Positions 28,491-39,257 are shown, counted from the stretch's first letter. The stretch is DNA of 64,000 nt from Candidatus Bathyarchaeota archaeon (GCA_963827165.1 CAWGZR010000005.1:640001-704000), one strand, 5' to 3'. The notes: generated by a model from the sequence alone, not told the origin. A program made the numbers and translations.

Positions 28491-30801
28491 ATGAAGAGAG
28501 TGTTAGCGGTATTCGTAGTCTTGGTCATCTGTATGTCCATGTTTGGAATGTTATCACCAAAAACAATGGCTCAAAGTCCACAACCAACAAGCGTCACGGT
28601 TTCCTGCTCACCAAACCCTGCTGAAGCAGATTCCCCTGTTACTATAACAGCTGTCGTCACCGGGCAAAACCCGACTGGAAGCATTACTTGGAGTTCAGAG
28701 ACTACAAGTATTTCGAATCAAGAGGGTGTTGAAGGCAGCTTCACTTCCAACGTAAGCTTGGTGTCGGCTAATGGTATTTCCACAACTACTTTCTACGATT
28801 CAATCTACGGTTCGGACCTTATAACTGCAACCTACAGCGGGGATTCATTTAATTCTCCAAGTGTCGGCACGAGCACTCTGACGTTGGTTCCTGAACCGAT
28901 GCCTCAGCTTAGCGTGGTTCTCTCAGGAACTCAGAGTACTTCGGCAATTCCCACCCAGCCGATTGGCTCCACCTTCAGTGTAGATGTACGAGCGGAAAAT
29001 CTAACGGGCATTAAGCCTGGAGTATGCGCCATCGGGTATGAATTAATCTGGAATCCTTCGGTTTTAAGTTTTACAAGTTACAGCGACAATAATTGGTTGC
29101 CTGATCAAATGAACCTCGACATCATAAGTTCGCAGTGGATTTCAATTGGCACCGCAATTATTAGTCAAATAGCTTTTGACACTAACAGCGCGTGGGCTTG
29201 CACTACGGTTAACGGTAGTGTAAGTGCTACGTTTAGGTTTCGTGTGATTTCTGGTGGCTCAAGCTCTATTGATCTTCGAGAAGAAGGCACAACGGGTTAC
29301 ATAGACTATCCAGCGCTAACGCTGACCGGTGTAGTGACGGGTATTAACATTGCTGCGAATACATCAAACGCGATTTATGGTACGTCTCAGGCGCTGTCCA
29401 ATAAATCGTCAGCTTATGTTTATTGTTCAGCAAACCCCGACTTGGCTGGGAGTCCGGTTACATGCAACGCCATTATTTATGGTGGAAACTCAGTTCCCGC
29501 AGGAACAATTACCTGGAGCACAAATAGCAGCACTGCTAGTTTCGGCTCAGTTCAAACTTCTTTGATTAACGGAATGTCAAAGACAAGTTTTGTCGATGCC
29601 AATATAGGTAACGATGAAATTACTGCTATCTATAGCGGAGACTCCAATAATTCAGCTTGTTCGGGAAACACTACTTTGTCCCTTTTCGTTGAATCCTTTT
29701 CTTCGATACCTCGGGTTAGCGTTGTGCTTTCTGGTACCCAAAACGTCTCCGACATTCCGCCATCGCCCATCGGTTCCTCTTTCAACGTAGATGTCAGAGT
29801 GGATAACCTTACTGGCATCAGCCCGGCGTAAATGGTATTTCATACGAATTGACGTGGGATCCTTCAGTGCTGAGCTTTGTAAGTTGTTTTGACAACAACT
29901 GGCTGCCTAGTCAATTTAACATCGACTTTACGAATCCGCAGTACGTATCAAAGGGAACTGCAACTATTGGCCAAGAAGCTTTTGTCCCTACTAATCCGTG
30001 GGCTTGCACCACATTTAGCGGTAGTGTCACTGCTACGTTTACGTTCCGCGTGATTTCTGGTGGCTCAAGCTCTATTAATCTTCAAACCCAAGAAGGGTTA
30101 ACTGGTTTCGTAGCATACCCAACGGTCGTTGAGACGGGTATTGTGGAATCCGTTTTAAAGGGGCCAACCTCCATTTCAAATGCTGTGTATGGGAAACCAG
30201 TTGCTGCCTGTGACAATGCCCTTGTCAAAGGTGGCTCTGCGTCGGTTATTGATTCTTCAGCGGGTATTACGGTAGATTTGAGCGGCAGTTCTGCTCCTGA
30301 CAACACAAATTTGGCCATCACTTCGACTAACTATGGAGTTGATCTTCCGGAGGGTATCAGCAAATTCGCAGTAGGCGATGGAATAGGATATTATGATGTG
30401 AAGGCGAGTTCAGATGTTTCTTTTGGCTCAGATGCTTCAGCTATATTTCTTTTTCCAATCCTGCCTTCACATCTAGCTGCTTTATCTCGTACTGGGACGG
30501 AAGTCAATGGGTCGAGTTAGCTACAACTTACACTGCGCCAAACACGGTTTCATGCAGTATTCCAGCAGCCGACCTATCTGGGACACCTTTTGCAGTAAGT
30601 GCATTTTCGCTTGTGGACTTTTATCGTACTGGCACCGTCGACTTTAACGATGTCCTCTACTTCGCTGCCGCATATATTCAATACCAACAAACTGGAGTTC
30701 TCAATCCTGCGTGCGACCTCAATCATGATAGCAAATTAGACTTCAACGACATACTGCTATTCGTCAGCGATTACCAAGCAGCAGCCCAAAGCAAAGGATA
30801 A
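28491..30801 (+). CDS. Adaptor-like scaffoldin: (Big_3, cohesin) x2, further domain, C-terminal dockerin; split by frameshifts near 29830 and 30450
   Basis: Two homologous cohesins (FSVDVRAENL..WNPSVL..SATFRFRVISGG and FNVDVRVDNL..WDPSVL..TATFTFRVISGG). The terminal ORF 30613..30801 is a dockerin (DFYRTGTVDFND / DLNHDSKLDFND). Confidence 0.72.
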
Positions 30802-31233
30802 GTTAGTTGAGTGCAAGATATGATCATGCGGGTTTTGCGCCGCGCCCGAAAAAGCCAAGATTACAGACTGTATAGGGTAGGGCACTTCCAAGAACTACAT
30901 TTTTCGTAAACCAATGTTCCTCGTTCGTGCGGTATCCCAGTTCATTTATTAAACAGCTCACTTCCTCAAGACATGTGTGCGGTTTTGCCTTTTTCGTTCA
31001 CCTTGTAGGCATTGTTATTCAAATCCGGTTCGCGAATCAACACTCAGCAAGAGCTACTACCAAATATCCCCGAGACTGGCTTCTCAATCTTGCCCACCAC
31101 GTTGAATGTTAGATTCTCCGAACGACTAATTTTAGTAATTTACTTGAGATGAACTTGGCCGTGCATATCGAGACTTAAATTTGAGATGCCTTTTTAAACA
31201 TCAAAAAAGGCCGAATTATTCGTTATGCGCAAA

Positions 31234-31791
31234 TTAATTAGGCGCAACGTAAATTGGCAAATCTTTTTTCAGAACAATTTGCGCGTCAAACCTCGAGAAG
31301 AGAAAAAAAACCAAGATTACATCCACGCACAAATCGAAAACAGATGCTGGTGCTCCTAAAGATCCGAGAAAGAGGAACTGTACGAATTGAAAAAGGGCAG
31401 CCAAGGCGAATATTGCTAACGCTGTGACGCGAGCAAGCTTATGTCTAACCCAAAGCCCTAAACCAACGAGCAGAAGGTCTAAGCCAATAAGCCACGATAC
31501 TAAACCTGCGCTTGAAGCACTCACATTTGCGATGTCACCGATATAAAATGGGATTCCAGGAACCCAGCTGACAGCAGAAACCATTGATTGAGCCGCTTGG
31601 TTTGAGGTGCCCGCGCCGGTTAGCATCAGGTAAAGCCCACCTACGATCAAAACCATGCCAAACGTTATAACTAATTTGCTAACTAAATCCGTGATAAGTA
31701 TGCGGTCTGACAAATATTTTTTAAGTTTATTTATTTGATCAGTCAAAGGTGAAAAAAAGTTCTTTGCTTCTCCCAACATATGATCACACAA
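31234..31791 (-). CDS. Small polytopic membrane protein, overlapping the phoU stop codon
   Basis: About four hydrophobic segments; GLGLWVRHKLAR motif resembles the PstA N-terminal extension. Confidence 0.7.
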   Translation of the reverse strand: MCDHMLGEAKNFFSPLTDQINKLKKYLSDRILITDLVSKLVITFGMVLIVGGLYLMLTGAGTSNQAAQSMVSAVSWVPGIPFYIGDIANVSASSAGLVSWLIGLDLLLVGLGLWVRHKLARVTALAIFALAALFQFVQFLFLGSLGAPASVFDLCVDVILVFFLFSRFDAQIVLKKDLPIYVAPN

Positions 31792-32827
31792 GTATCGAAT
31801 CCACTGTCAAGTTTAGAACTATTTCGGCAATGTCGCAGGAATACTCAGCTGTCCTCCTTATGCTTTCGATTATTAGTCTTAAACTTGCAATATCTTCGAG
31901 GTCAATCTTGGCTGATGCAACCGCCTCCCTCTCCAATATGCCGACCTCCTTAATGCTCTCTATAATTGTCTCAGCTGAGTTGTAGTCTTGCCTGAAAAGT
32001 GATTCCATCGCAGTGTCGAACATCTTTATAGCTACGGCGCTCATTTTCTCTATTTTTTCTGAGACATCACAATTCAACTTGTGTTTAAGCGCCAAAACGT
32101 TATCCGCTATCTTAACTGCGTGGTCAGCAGTCCGTTCTATTGACTTTGTGACAAGACGGTAACCCAAGGAGTCTTTACCGCTTGCAAGGCCAATTTCTTT
32201 GCTTACTCGTGGGTTTTGCATTGCCATCTTTAGCTGCCTTATCACATAAAGATTGAATCTGTCTACTTCGTTATCCGTGGTCATGACATCTTTTAGCAGT
32301 AAATTATCGTTTGCGTTAAGACCTAATATAGCGTCTCTGTGCATCGATGCTGTAATTATACTCATTCTTCTCAATGCGCTTTGAATAGTCAATTCAGGGT
32401 AACTCAATAGGACCTGCAAAATCAGCTGAGCGGAAGTGTCGGTCACAATTTCGGTCCCAACAAGCATTCGCCGAACAAAAGCCTTCATGTCATGTCTTTG
32501 CTTGGACGATAATTGTTGTTTGTCTGATCTAACATGGATTGAATTATAACCTGATAGATAGGCTGACACGATCTTTCTGTTAATCATTTCAGTGTCGTCG
32601 TCTGGGCGAACCATGATTGTTGCTTCATCAAGCTTTTTCTTTAATTTGGTGCTCGGGGGAACTATCGTTAGAGATCCGCCTTCTTCTTCATGGAGTCTTA
32701 TGAAACTTCCTTTTTTAATTTGATTTTGCTCAATCCAGTTTTTCGGCAACGAAATAATGTATGTAGAGCCGCCTGTAAACTGAATTTTTCGTGTTTCATC
32801 GTCCACTTTTGGCTGCCACAAAGTCAT
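31784..32827 (-). CDS. phoU: Archaeal phosphate regulator with AbrB/SpoVT DNA-binding domain and two PhoU domains
   Basis: RKIQFTGGSTYIISLPKNW N-terminus; DNEVDRF, IERTADHA, IRRTAEYSCDIAE PhoU repeats. Confidence 0.92.
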   Translation of the reverse strand: MTLWQPKVDDETRKIQFTGGSTYIISLPKNWIEQNQIKKGSFIRLHEEEGGSLTIVPPSTKLKKKLDEATIMVRPDDDTEMINRKIVSAYLSGYNSIHVRSDKQQLSSKQRHDMKAFVRRMLVGTEIVTDTSAQLILQVLLSYPELTIQSALRRMSIITASMHRDAILGLNANDNLLLKDVMTTDNEVDRFNLYVIRQLKMAMQNPRVSKEIGLASGKDSLGYRLVTKSIERTADHAVKIADNVLALKHKLNCDVSEKIEKMSAVAIKMFDTAMESLFRQDYNSAETIIESIKEVGILEREAVASAKIDLEDIASLRLIIESIRRTAEYSCDIAEIVLNLTVDSILV

Positions 32828-33077
32828 CCCTTCTCACGCCCGACCTAACAAGTATAGTTTTCCCTATTGGTTTACATAATAAATCTCTTCGCTAAAGAGA
32901 TTATATATTGAATCATATTCTATGATGGCTATTGTGGAAACCAATATTACACAAAGACCTTCTTCATTGTCACTGCAAACAAGCTGGAAAGATTCAAACG
33001 TGAAAAAAAAGACTCAACCAAAAGGCTTCACATATTGGATTTCACATTTTACCTTCCTGAATCAGAGGCGATATTAA

Positions 33078-33830
33078 TTGGGGAAAGTGGAAACTAAGAA
33101 ATTCAACCTGTGGTTCAAGAATAATCACGTTTTAAAAGACGTCGATTTCACAGTCCAAGAAAATGCCGTAACAGCTATCATGGGACCTTCAGGATGTGGC
33201 AAATCTACGCTTCTGCGTTCAATTGATCGCATGAATGATCTCATCACTGGCTGTCGTACACAAGGAGAAATACTTTTTGACGGCCAAAATATCTATGCTG
33301 AAGACAGCAACGTTTACGAGCTGAGAAGAAGAATAGGCATGGTTTTTCAAAAGGCTAATCCGTTCCCAAAATCGATTTATGAAAACGTGGCTTTTGGTCC
33401 AAAAATACACAGCATGGCAAAAGGTGAAAAACTCGATGAATTTGTGGAGAAAAGCCTTAGAGGAGCTGCTTTATGGGACGAGGTTAAAGACCGTCTACAC
33501 GAAAGTGCCTTTGCCCTTTCAGGAGGCCAGCAACAGCGGCTTTGTATAGCGCGTGCGTTGGCAGTGGAGCCTGAGCTTATTCTGATGGATGAGCCCTGTA
33601 GTGCTTTGGATCCTGCCGCGACCCTAAAAATCGAAGCGCTCGCTGCTGAGCTTAAGAAAAAGTATACTGTTATTATTGTGACTCATAATTTGCAGCAGGC
33701 GGCTAGAGTGTCTGATTTCACTGCTTTTATGTACGTCGGGCAGTTGATTGAATTTGATGATACGAAAACTCTGTTTGAGAACCCGCGGAACCAGTTGACT
33801 CAAGACTACATTAAGGGTCAGTTCGGTTAG
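33078..33830 (+). CDS. pstB: Phosphate ABC transporter ATPase PstB
   Basis: [59 protein letters not shown]. Confidence 0.96.
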   Translation: MGKVETKKFNLWFKNNHVLKDVDFTVQENAVTAIMGPSGCGKSTLLRSIDRMNDLITGCRTQGEILFDGQNIYAEDSNVYELRRRIGMVFQKANPFPKSIYENVAFGPKIHSMAKGEKLDEFVEKSLRGAALWDEVKDRLHESAFALSGGQQQRLCIARALAVEPELILMDEPCSALDPAATLKIEALAAELKKKYTVIIVTHNLQQAARVSDFTAFMYVGQLIEFDDTKTLFENPRNQLTQDYIKGQFG

Positions 33831-33921
33831 GTTAACGTGCTTGCATATTCTTATTAGAAATCCTGTTTTCTTTTTCATAAATCTTAAGTCTTACGAGTAA
33901 CTTAAGTGCCTTGGATCACAC

Positions 33922-34164
33922 ATGACCCTAGACCAAAAACTAACCCACCGAATCAATTTACTAGTACACAGCGTGGGCTTAAGCTGCCTTGGCGGCGCAA
34001 TCTTTCTGCAAATACTCGTCTTCTCAACCATACTCTTACAAGGGTACTTCCGAGCTGTAGAAACCAACCCTGCAATACTAGTGCTGGAAATAAGCCTCAC
34101 AGCCTTCTCAGCAGTCTATTTCCTCTACCTCTACCAAAAAGTGATCCGCACCTCCATGTCCTAA
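33922..34164 (+). CDS. Small two-TM membrane protein
   Basis: 80-aa ORF with two hydrophobic helices directly downstream of pstB. Confidence 0.6.
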   Translation: MTLDQKLTHRINLLVHSVGLSCLGGAIFLQILVFSTILLQGYFRAVETNPAILVLEISLTAFSAVYFLYLYQKVIRTSMS

Positions 34165-34414
34165 AGCAAAAGTGTTGGCTCCCACGCTTTTGAAACCGCT
34201 CTGATTTTTGTTGTTAGCTTTGCAGATGTCTTCAGGGCGTACGCAAGGCCTCCCAGAAATTTCTTAATTCACACTTCTGTTCAAGTAGTCGCCGCAAAAA
34301 GTGAAGTTCTGAGGGCAGCTTTCGTCCACAGGCGCGAATCGCCACTCCCCTGAGCTTCCTCAAAATCAGCAAGTTTTCCTCCATACATTTTGAACCGATA
34401 CCGTGGAATCCGGG

Positions 34415-34588
34415 TTAACCCTTGTCTGCCTTTTCGAGGAGCTGGTTGATGAGCTGAAGGTCTTCTTGGATGTTTTCTTTACGCCGGCATCGAGCCAGGA
34501 GCGTACGGTAGCCATCGAGTTTTTCACCTTTTTTCAGATACCTTTTGATTATGTGTCTTTCGTTGTCAGTTAGAATGTATTTTCTCAT
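34415..34588 (-). CDS. Small basic hypothetical protein
   Basis: MRKYILTDNERHIIKRYL.. has protein-like helical composition; ATG at 34588. Confidence 0.5.
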   Translation of the reverse strand: MRKYILTDNERHIIKRYLKKGEKLDGYRTLLARCRRKENIQEDLQLINQLLEKADKG

Positions 34589-35433
34589 CTCGGTCGCCCG
34601 AGTTTTTTGAGTGCAGAGTAAAATATTAATGTTACTGGCGTTGTGATACTGTTGTAGTAGCGGCATTAGTTCGAACACTTCGATATGAAACACAGATTTG
34701 CCGATGCATCGTTCGATTTGCTTAGGAAAATGTTAAATACAATTCAAAACAAAGTAGGGAATCGGGAGAGCGGCTCTTTGGAAATTACAAGCAAGCTTTT
34801 TGTTTGTCCAAAATGCGGTAAACAAAGTTTTTCAATTCATAGAAAAACGTATGAAAATATAGTGAATTGCCTTTTGCGATAATTGCCATCTTAATTCTTC
34901 ATTTGAACCCTCAAGAGAAGCAAATTATGACATAAACAGATCTTGGGAAGAATTTGCAGCAAACTACAAAATCCGCCAGATAAGCAACCCCATGTCCTGA
35001 TAGGTTCGAAGAAGTAGCAGCCTTAGTTTAAAAAATGATTTCTTTGTTGCCCTCGCAATGTACATTATATCGGTTTTACCTGAAATTTTCCGAGAAATTT
35101 TCGGCGCGCTGCGAAATAGGGCATCTTTTAATTCTGATTTTTTGTAATCGTTCTTCTTTTTGCTCAAAACGATTACACCCTGATAATCACCGCAAAAACT
35201 CTAGCACTTGCTATTGGGATGAAAAATACTTTGCGTGAGGGTAAAACTATGTAATTCATAGAAAAGCGAAGTAAGCCGATATTCAAATTTTATCATGAAC
35301 TCAGGATCATTAGTTTTTTTGTTATCTTTGTGAGTGGAATAAATCGAGAAAGTCCGGCGATCATACCAAACCACCTAATTTTCAGGTTCAAGCCCAAGGG
35401 AAAACCTTAACTTTTCAGTAGAAGAGATAAACA

Positions 35434-35742
35434 GTGGATAACATGCGAAGGTTTGAGGAAATAAAGGGCACTTTAGCCAAGCACAAACAGGAATTGCGGC
35501 GGGATTTTGGTGTTAAGCAGATAGGTGTCTTCGGGTCTTACGTTAGAGGCGAGCAGAAAAAACAAAGCGACATCGATTTATTGGTTGAGTTCGAGGAACC
35601 TTCAAACCTAACACTTCTAGACTTCATCAGATTGGAAAATTCATTAAGCGAGATGCTGGGTGTCAAAGTAGATTTAGTAGAAAAACAAACTCTTAAGCCA
35701 AGAATGGGCAAACACATCCTTGAAGAAGTTGTCAACGTATGA
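35434..35742 (+). CDS. Minimal nucleotidyltransferase antitoxin (MntA type)
   Basis: GVFGSYVRGEQKKQSDIDLLVEF contains the GSx10DxD motif. Confidence 0.92.
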   Translation: MDNMRRFEEIKGTLAKHKQELRRDFGVKQIGVFGSYVRGEQKKQSDIDLLVEFEEPSNLTLLDFIRLENSLSEMLGVKVDLVEKQTLKPRMGKHILEEVVNV

Positions 35743-36086
35743 AAAATGAATATTTGGATTACGTTGAGGACATAATCAAGGCGATGGATGACGCCTCAAA
35801 ATTTGTCAAAGACCTGAATTATGACTCTTTTGTAAAAGATAGAAAAACTGTTTACGCCGTTATTAGGGCCTTGGAAATTATTGGAGAAGCAACCAAAAAT
35901 ATCCCTTCCGGCGTCAAGAATCAATACCCTGAGATTCCATGGAAAGATATGGCTGGAATGCGAGACAAGGTAATTCATGCTTATTTTGGGGTTGACTTGA
36001 AAAGAATTTGGAGCACCGTTAGCAGCGATATTCCGAGTTTGAAAGCTTGTTTTGAAAAGATGCTTAGGGAAAATGAGAACCGATAG
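35739..36086 (+). CDS. HEPN RNase toxin (DUF86/HepT type)
   Basis: LEIIGEA..PEIPWKDMAGMRDKVIHAYFG contains Rx4HxY; overlaps the antitoxin stop by ATGA. Confidence 0.92.
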   Translation: MKNEYLDYVEDIIKAMDDASKFVKDLNYDSFVKDRKTVYAVIRALEIIGEATKNIPSGVKNQYPEIPWKDMAGMRDKVIHAYFGVDLKRIWSTVSSDIPSLKACFEKMLRENENR

Positions 36087-36136
36087 AATGGTTACGAATA
36101 CACTTTTATCAGGCATCACGAGTTTGCAAATTAAAT

Positions 36137-36209
36137 GCGGTCGCAGTCTAGTTTGGTCTAGGACATCAGCACGCCACTCTGATGTCCGCGTTCAAATCTC
36201 CCTGCCGCA
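36137..36209 (+). pseudogene. Degenerate tRNA-Gly(GCC)-like sequence
   Basis: 73 nt: GCGGTCG..GTCTAGTTTGGTCTAGGAC D-arm, TCAGC-ACGCCAC-TCTGA anticodon arm, GTTCAAATC T-loop, ..GCCGCA end. The anticodon, T and acceptor stems contain mismatches. Confidence 0.65.
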
Positions 36210-36871
36210 CTAATTATCAATAAGGCGTTATGTTCCATCATTTGCTCTTAATTATCGCCTAAGTTTTGTGAAAGCTAAAGATCATCGCTGATTTCCAACC
36301 ATTCGCCAAAGAGGTTGTCTGTTGTTAGTTTATCCCTTGATTGACAATTGACAGTTTGACTTCTTTTTGAAAAACTGTTTGAACTATCCGCCCTATCTCT
36401 CCTGAATCAATATGGTTAAGCCTTTCAAGCTCAATCTCAATACCGAGTAGTTGAGGTTGCAAGGGATGAATATAGTAATCTGGTAAAATCGTTCGCGGAC
36501 ATTTTCGCTTGGGAACTTCGCATTGAGTAAGTAATGTTGAAGGAATTCTCGATATTCTTATTCGTTAAAGGTTCATTCGTGATTAACTCTCTGATCATAA
36601 CAAAGTTTTGTGCTTCGGTTTTGCTAGTGGCATTCGTTGACGATTTGACTTCTTTTGCGATCAGAAGACATAAACGAGAACTTGAAACTTTTTTCAGGCT
36701 CCAGCTTGACATTTCGTGTTAAATCCGTGTGCTGTTTTTATTCTCCGAATAATGAAAATAACGTGCACCTGAACCTAACTGCCTGAGTTTTCACTGCCTT
36801 TATTCAACGCTCAAGCTTCTGTTCCTCAATAATGTAAAAACTTATTTGCTTGTGGGAAATTATGTCCTCTC

Positions 36872-37135
36872 ATGACAGAGCAAATCGAGGCTGTCATAAA
36901 GGTTTCACCTAAAGGTCAAATTGTAATTCCCAGAGAGATTCGAAAGAAATTGGGCCTAAAGGGAGGCGAGAAACTTTTAGTTCTCACTCGCGACGGCGAT
37001 ATATTGCTTAGAAAAGCCCAAGATATGTCCATGGAGGACATAGCTAAGAAAATTGGAAAGACAGTGCGAGAAGAGTCCATTGACGTTGACAAGCTTGTGG
37101 CTGAGGCTGTCGAGCGGGCAAGAAAGTCAAAGTAG
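36872..37135 (+). CDS. AbrB/MazE/SpoVT-family antitoxin
   Basis: KVSPKGQIVIPREIRKKLGLKGGEKL. Confidence 0.9.
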   Translation: MTEQIEAVIKVSPKGQIVIPREIRKKLGLKGGEKLLVLTRDGDILLRKAQDMSMEDIAKKIGKTVREESIDVDKLVAEAVERARKSK

Positions 37136-37532
37136 TCTTTGACACCAACGTCTGGGTTTCAATCTTCATGGAAGACGTTCTCTACGACGAGTTGTCACAA
37201 GCCAAGCATGAATTAACCGTTTACGTCAGCCAAGACATCCTTCTTGAACTATCGAAAGTTTTGCTGTATCCAAAAATATCTAAGGTTTTAGAGAAGAACG
37301 GGAATAGGTCAAAAAGACGTTATACGAGTGATCGCAGCGGATTGTAAGATCGTTGAGCCAAAGGTAAAATTGAAAATCATAAATGAAGATGAGGAAGATA
37401 ATAAAATAATAGAATGTGCCTTGGCTGCCAGAGCAGACTTATCGCTTCCGGAGAAGGAACGTTCTTGGACTTGTCAAGTTTAGGAAAACCAAAATACTTA
37501 CACCCAGAGAATTTTTCGACAATCTCACATGA
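37114..37532 (+). pseudogene. PIN-domain (VapC-like) toxin, disrupted
   Basis: KVKVVFDTNVWVS..VSQDILLELSKVL.YPK, then after indels DEEDNKIIECALAARAD..TPREF. No in-frame start codon (GCG where ATG is expected). Confidence 0.75.
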
Positions 37533-37760
37533 AACTTCCTCGTTTAAGATTCTCCAGTTTTTCTTTGCCTGTTCTACCATTGCTGATATTTAGGGTCAAA
37601 AAGGGCGGTCTTCGGCTGCTACTGATTCGAGCTCCAAACCAGAAACCAGCTAAAAGCAAAGAAATGCCTGGGCTAAAAAGTCGCAGATTATCATATGACC
37701 CTGCTTTTGGGGTTTTTTGGTCACGATATCTAACTTCTACATAAGTGGCGGTAATGGTCG

Positions 37761-37850
37761 CCTGTTGACTTTTGTTGACGTTAGTTGACTTTTATAGACT
37801 TTTGTAGACTATAGTTGACTTTAGTTGACTTTAGGAGACTTTAGTTGACG
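37761..37850. repeat. 10-bp tandem array (~TTAGTTGACT x9)
   Basis: Direct reading; followed by CAACCTGCAG. Confidence 0.8.
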
Positions 37851-38080
37851 CAACCTGCAGGCGATTCAAGCTCAAAACTAAAAAAGCAGTCCAAAGCACA
37901 AAGGAAAAAAATTGCCGCGCCAAAAACCTGCTATCCGCTCCTTCTCCACAGTTTCTTCCAGCGATGTTTTGGGATGATTGTTGCAAGCGAATCAAGCTCC
38001 AAACCAAAAAATCGCAAACAGACAGCCCACCAACCACAATCCATAGACGTCTTTGCCATTGTTGACTGAAATTGCCTTTC

Positions 38081-38155
38081 TAAGATAATTTTAGAGAAAA
38101 ATAGAGATCTAAGGGATTCTGGGCGATTTTAAGAGATTTAGAGAGATTTTAAGAC
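38081..38155. repeat. Degenerate 10-bp tandem array (~AAGAGATTTT)
   Basis: Direct reading; followed by CAACCTGCAG as in the 37761 copy. Confidence 0.55.
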
Positions 38156-38270
38156 TCAACCTGCAGCTAATCCAAAGCCCTTTTCAAAAAACCAATCTAA
38201 AACAAAGAAAAAATCGTCCAGAAAATCCTCAGCTTGCCTTCTATGGCTTCTGTCTCGACATTTTCAAGCG

Positions 38271-38342
38271 ATTATTTTAGCTTTTTTAGCTTAATCTAGC
38301 TTATTTTAGCTTATTATGGCTTAAAACAGCGCATTTTAGCTT
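38271..38342. repeat. 10-bp tandem array (~TTATTTTAGC x7)
   Basis: Direct reading; followed by GGTTGC..TTTCAAAAAAACA..ACAAACAAAAAATTT. Confidence 0.7.
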
Positions 38343-38494
38343 GCGGTTGCGACCAAAACAATACCGATTTCAAAAAAACACTTCAAAACACAAACAAAAA
38401 ATTTGGGAGCGCAAAACTTCAATAACCCTGCGTATGCTTTAGCAGAAAGGTTATTACTTTTAGAGTTGCTTCAGTCGTAGCGGAGATATGTGAA

Positions 38495-39256
38495 GTGCCT
38501 CTTGTGTTTATGATTGGAACGGCTGGTTCTGGTAAGTCTTTGTTGACGGCGGCGTTTAGTGAGTGGCTCAAGATGTCTAAGCAGGATGTTGCGGTGGTTA
38601 ATTTGGATCCTGGAGTGCTAAAGCTTCCTTATAGTCCTGATGTTGATGTTCGCAACTATGTGGATGTCGGTGACATTATGGAGAAGTATGGGTTGGGTCC
38701 TAACGGCGCGTTGATTATGGCGGCTGATCTGATAGCCGATGAAATCGAAAACCTGAACCGCGACATTGAGGAGGCGCATGCTGACATCGTGTTGGTGGAT
38801 ACCCCTGGTCAAATGGAGCTCTTCGCTTTTAGGGCGAGTGGTCCATACATTGTTGATGAGTTAACGAGGGAACCTAAAGCGTTGATTTACCTCTTTGACG
38901 CTGTTTTCTCGATTAACCCGATGAATTACGTTTCAAACATGTTTCTCTCCGCCGCAGTTTACAACCGCTTCTTCCATCCGCAGCTGCATGTTCTCTCAAA
39001 AACCGATTTGCTTCCTAAGAAGGATGTGCAATCGATCGCTTCTTGGTCAGCTAATCCAAGGGCGCTTGAGGATGCGATTGAAGAAAAACTTCAAGGGACA
39101 AAACGCCTCTTTAGTCGTAACATGATGCAGGCGATTAACCGGCTGGGCTTGACTTTTCTGCTTATGCCTGTTTCTGCAAAAACCAACGAGGGCATGACAA
39201 ACATCAACACTACGCTTGAGCGAATACTCAACCAAGGAGAAAAATACACTACTTAA
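38495..39256 (+). CDS. GPN-loop GTPase
   Basis: GTAGSGKS, NLDP, GLGPNGA, DTPGQMELF. Confidence 0.93.
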   Translation: MPLVFMIGTAGSGKSLLTAAFSEWLKMSKQDVAVVNLDPGVLKLPYSPDVDVRNYVDVGDIMEKYGLGPNGALIMAADLIADEIENLNRDIEEAHADIVLVDTPGQMELFAFRASGPYIVDELTREPKALIYLFDAVFSINPMNYVSNMFLSAAVYNRFFHPQLHVLSKTDLLPKKDVQSIASWSANPRALEDAIEEKLQGTKRLFSRNMMQAINRLGLTFLLMPVSAKTNEGMTNINTTLERILNQGEKYTT

Positions 39257-39257
39257 T

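Noticed and set aside
903-30801. A true cellulosome
   Set aside because: No glycoside hydrolase, esterase, lyase or clear CBM3 among the dockerin proteins in this window; enzymatic cargo elsewhere in the genome cannot be excluded.
34685-35238. Short ORFs, including one with CPKCG
   Set aside because: Too short, overlapping and without convincing family motifs; probably debris.
36137-36209. Functional tRNA-Gly
   Set aside because: Mismatches in the acceptor, anticodon and T stems and a non-canonical anticodon loop (no U33); kept only as a pseudo-tRNA.
37761-38342. CRISPR array
   Set aside because: Units are 10 bp, directly tandem and without unique spacers; there are no cas genes.
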